A DNA stretch of 42,199 bases from the IMG/VR virus record IMGVR_UViG_3300045988_008931, positions 1 through 42,199 of that record; one strand, 5' to 3'. The number at the start of each line of letters is the position of its first letter. Within the stretch, counting starts at the first letter, position 1. The notes under the pieces are model-generated. The model ran no database searches. It saw nothing but the letters and a program-made list of their open reading frames with translations, and had not been told where the DNA came from. Source of the stretch: a virus. A program made the position numbers and the translations under genes. Of the stretch, positions 41,990 to 42,199 are shown one piece after another.

Positions 41990-42199
41990 TTAGTAAGCTG
42001 CATGGATCATGTCCTCTTCGAGGAGAGCCGTGCCAATCTTACCGGTAGCATAAAGATAGTTCCTGCGCTCCTTCTGGTCGAACCAGATGTCGAGGTCGCT
42101 GATGAGATTGTCTGCATCTGTACCAATCATAAGGTGCTTCGGATTGCAGAATACCGCACGGTGTGGAAGGTTGATTGTCGTCTCGCCCTTCTCGTATGC
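41990..42199 (-). CDS. Major capsid protein, C-terminal part (42081-42199 duplicates 1-119); stop TAA at 41992-41990
   Basis: The frame continues without a stop across the junction: ...DIWF|DQKERRNYLYATGKIGTALLEEDMIHAAY*. Confidence 0.75.
   Translation of the reverse strand, partial: AYEKGETTINLPHRAVFCNPKHLMIGTDADNLISDLDIWFDQKERRNYLYATGKIGTALLEEDMIHAAY
42081..42199. repeat. Terminal direct repeat, copy 2
   Basis: Identical to 1-119. Confidence 0.9.

Noticed and set aside
1-42199. Genome-wide stop-codon recoding (TGA or TAG reassignment), as reported for some gut phages.
   Set aside because: All large genes (tape measure, 943-aa, fibre, terL, methyltransferase, integrase) are intact in the standard code, and no suppressor tRNA is present. 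The single in-frame TGA at 35384-35386 is compatible with ordinary adjacent genes.
1-42199. A diversity-generating retroelement, retron, transposase/IS element or toxin-antitoxin pair.
   Set aside because: I saw no reverse-transcriptase-like ORF (no YxDD-type motif in any long ORF), no template/variable repeat pair near the fibre genes, no transposase, and no recognisable toxin fold.

Overview
The window is one complete phage genome assembled as a circle. Bases 1-119 are identical to 42081-42199, so the unit length is 42,080 bp, and the break falls inside the major capsid gene. It looks like a temperate, long-tailed (siphovirus-like) dsDNA phage.

The host is very probably a Bacteroidota (Bacteroides/Prevotella-type) bacterium. 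Evidence: at least seven intergenic copies of the -7 promoter box TAnnTTTG (here TATCTTTGC), each pointing at the downstream genes, plus an NBU/CTnDOT-style tyrosine integrase.

Almost everything is on the minus strand. Reading along that strand:
- Packaging, tail and head: small and large terminase (12861-11031), structural and tail genes (11012-5590), tape measure (5577-2470), ClpP-like prohead protease/scaffold (2273-1008), major capsid (974 through the junction to 41990).
- More virion genes: four ORFs including a probable portal (40759-39581), a coiled-coil fibre (38995-38432), and a mosaic tail fibre with an AT-rich distal cassette (38421-35915).
- Downstream: two disrupted small genes, a monocistronic N/Q-rich gene, holin / GH19 endolysin / unimolecular-spanin-like lipoprotein (33124-31595), and an accessory operon of eight small ORFs (31206-29256).
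- Early region: Cro-like, Xis-like, ASCH, annealing protein, YqaJ exonuclease, replication initiator, unknowns, RuvC-like resolvase, ParB-methyltransferase (25006-13522).

The plus strand carries the lysogeny block: cI-like repressor, four membrane proteins, two small ORFs and the integrase (25191-29030).

No rRNA, intact tRNA, CRISPR array, reverse transcriptase or transposase was seen.

The best leads are non-coding or unannotated:
- a tRNA 3-prime-end mimic that may be the attP core (23332-23365);
- a tRNA-like multi-hairpin element between back-to-back promoters upstream of the small terminase (12955-13145);
- helically phased iterons inside the replication gene (20527-20620) and in a 388-bp non-coding region (31376-31423);
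- an exact 18-bp dispersed repeat;
- an unannotated 55-aa paralogue of a small basic protein;
- a 335-aa protein ending in an SSB-like DIEDLPF tail.

All product calls rest on motifs I recognise by eye. No database search was possible.
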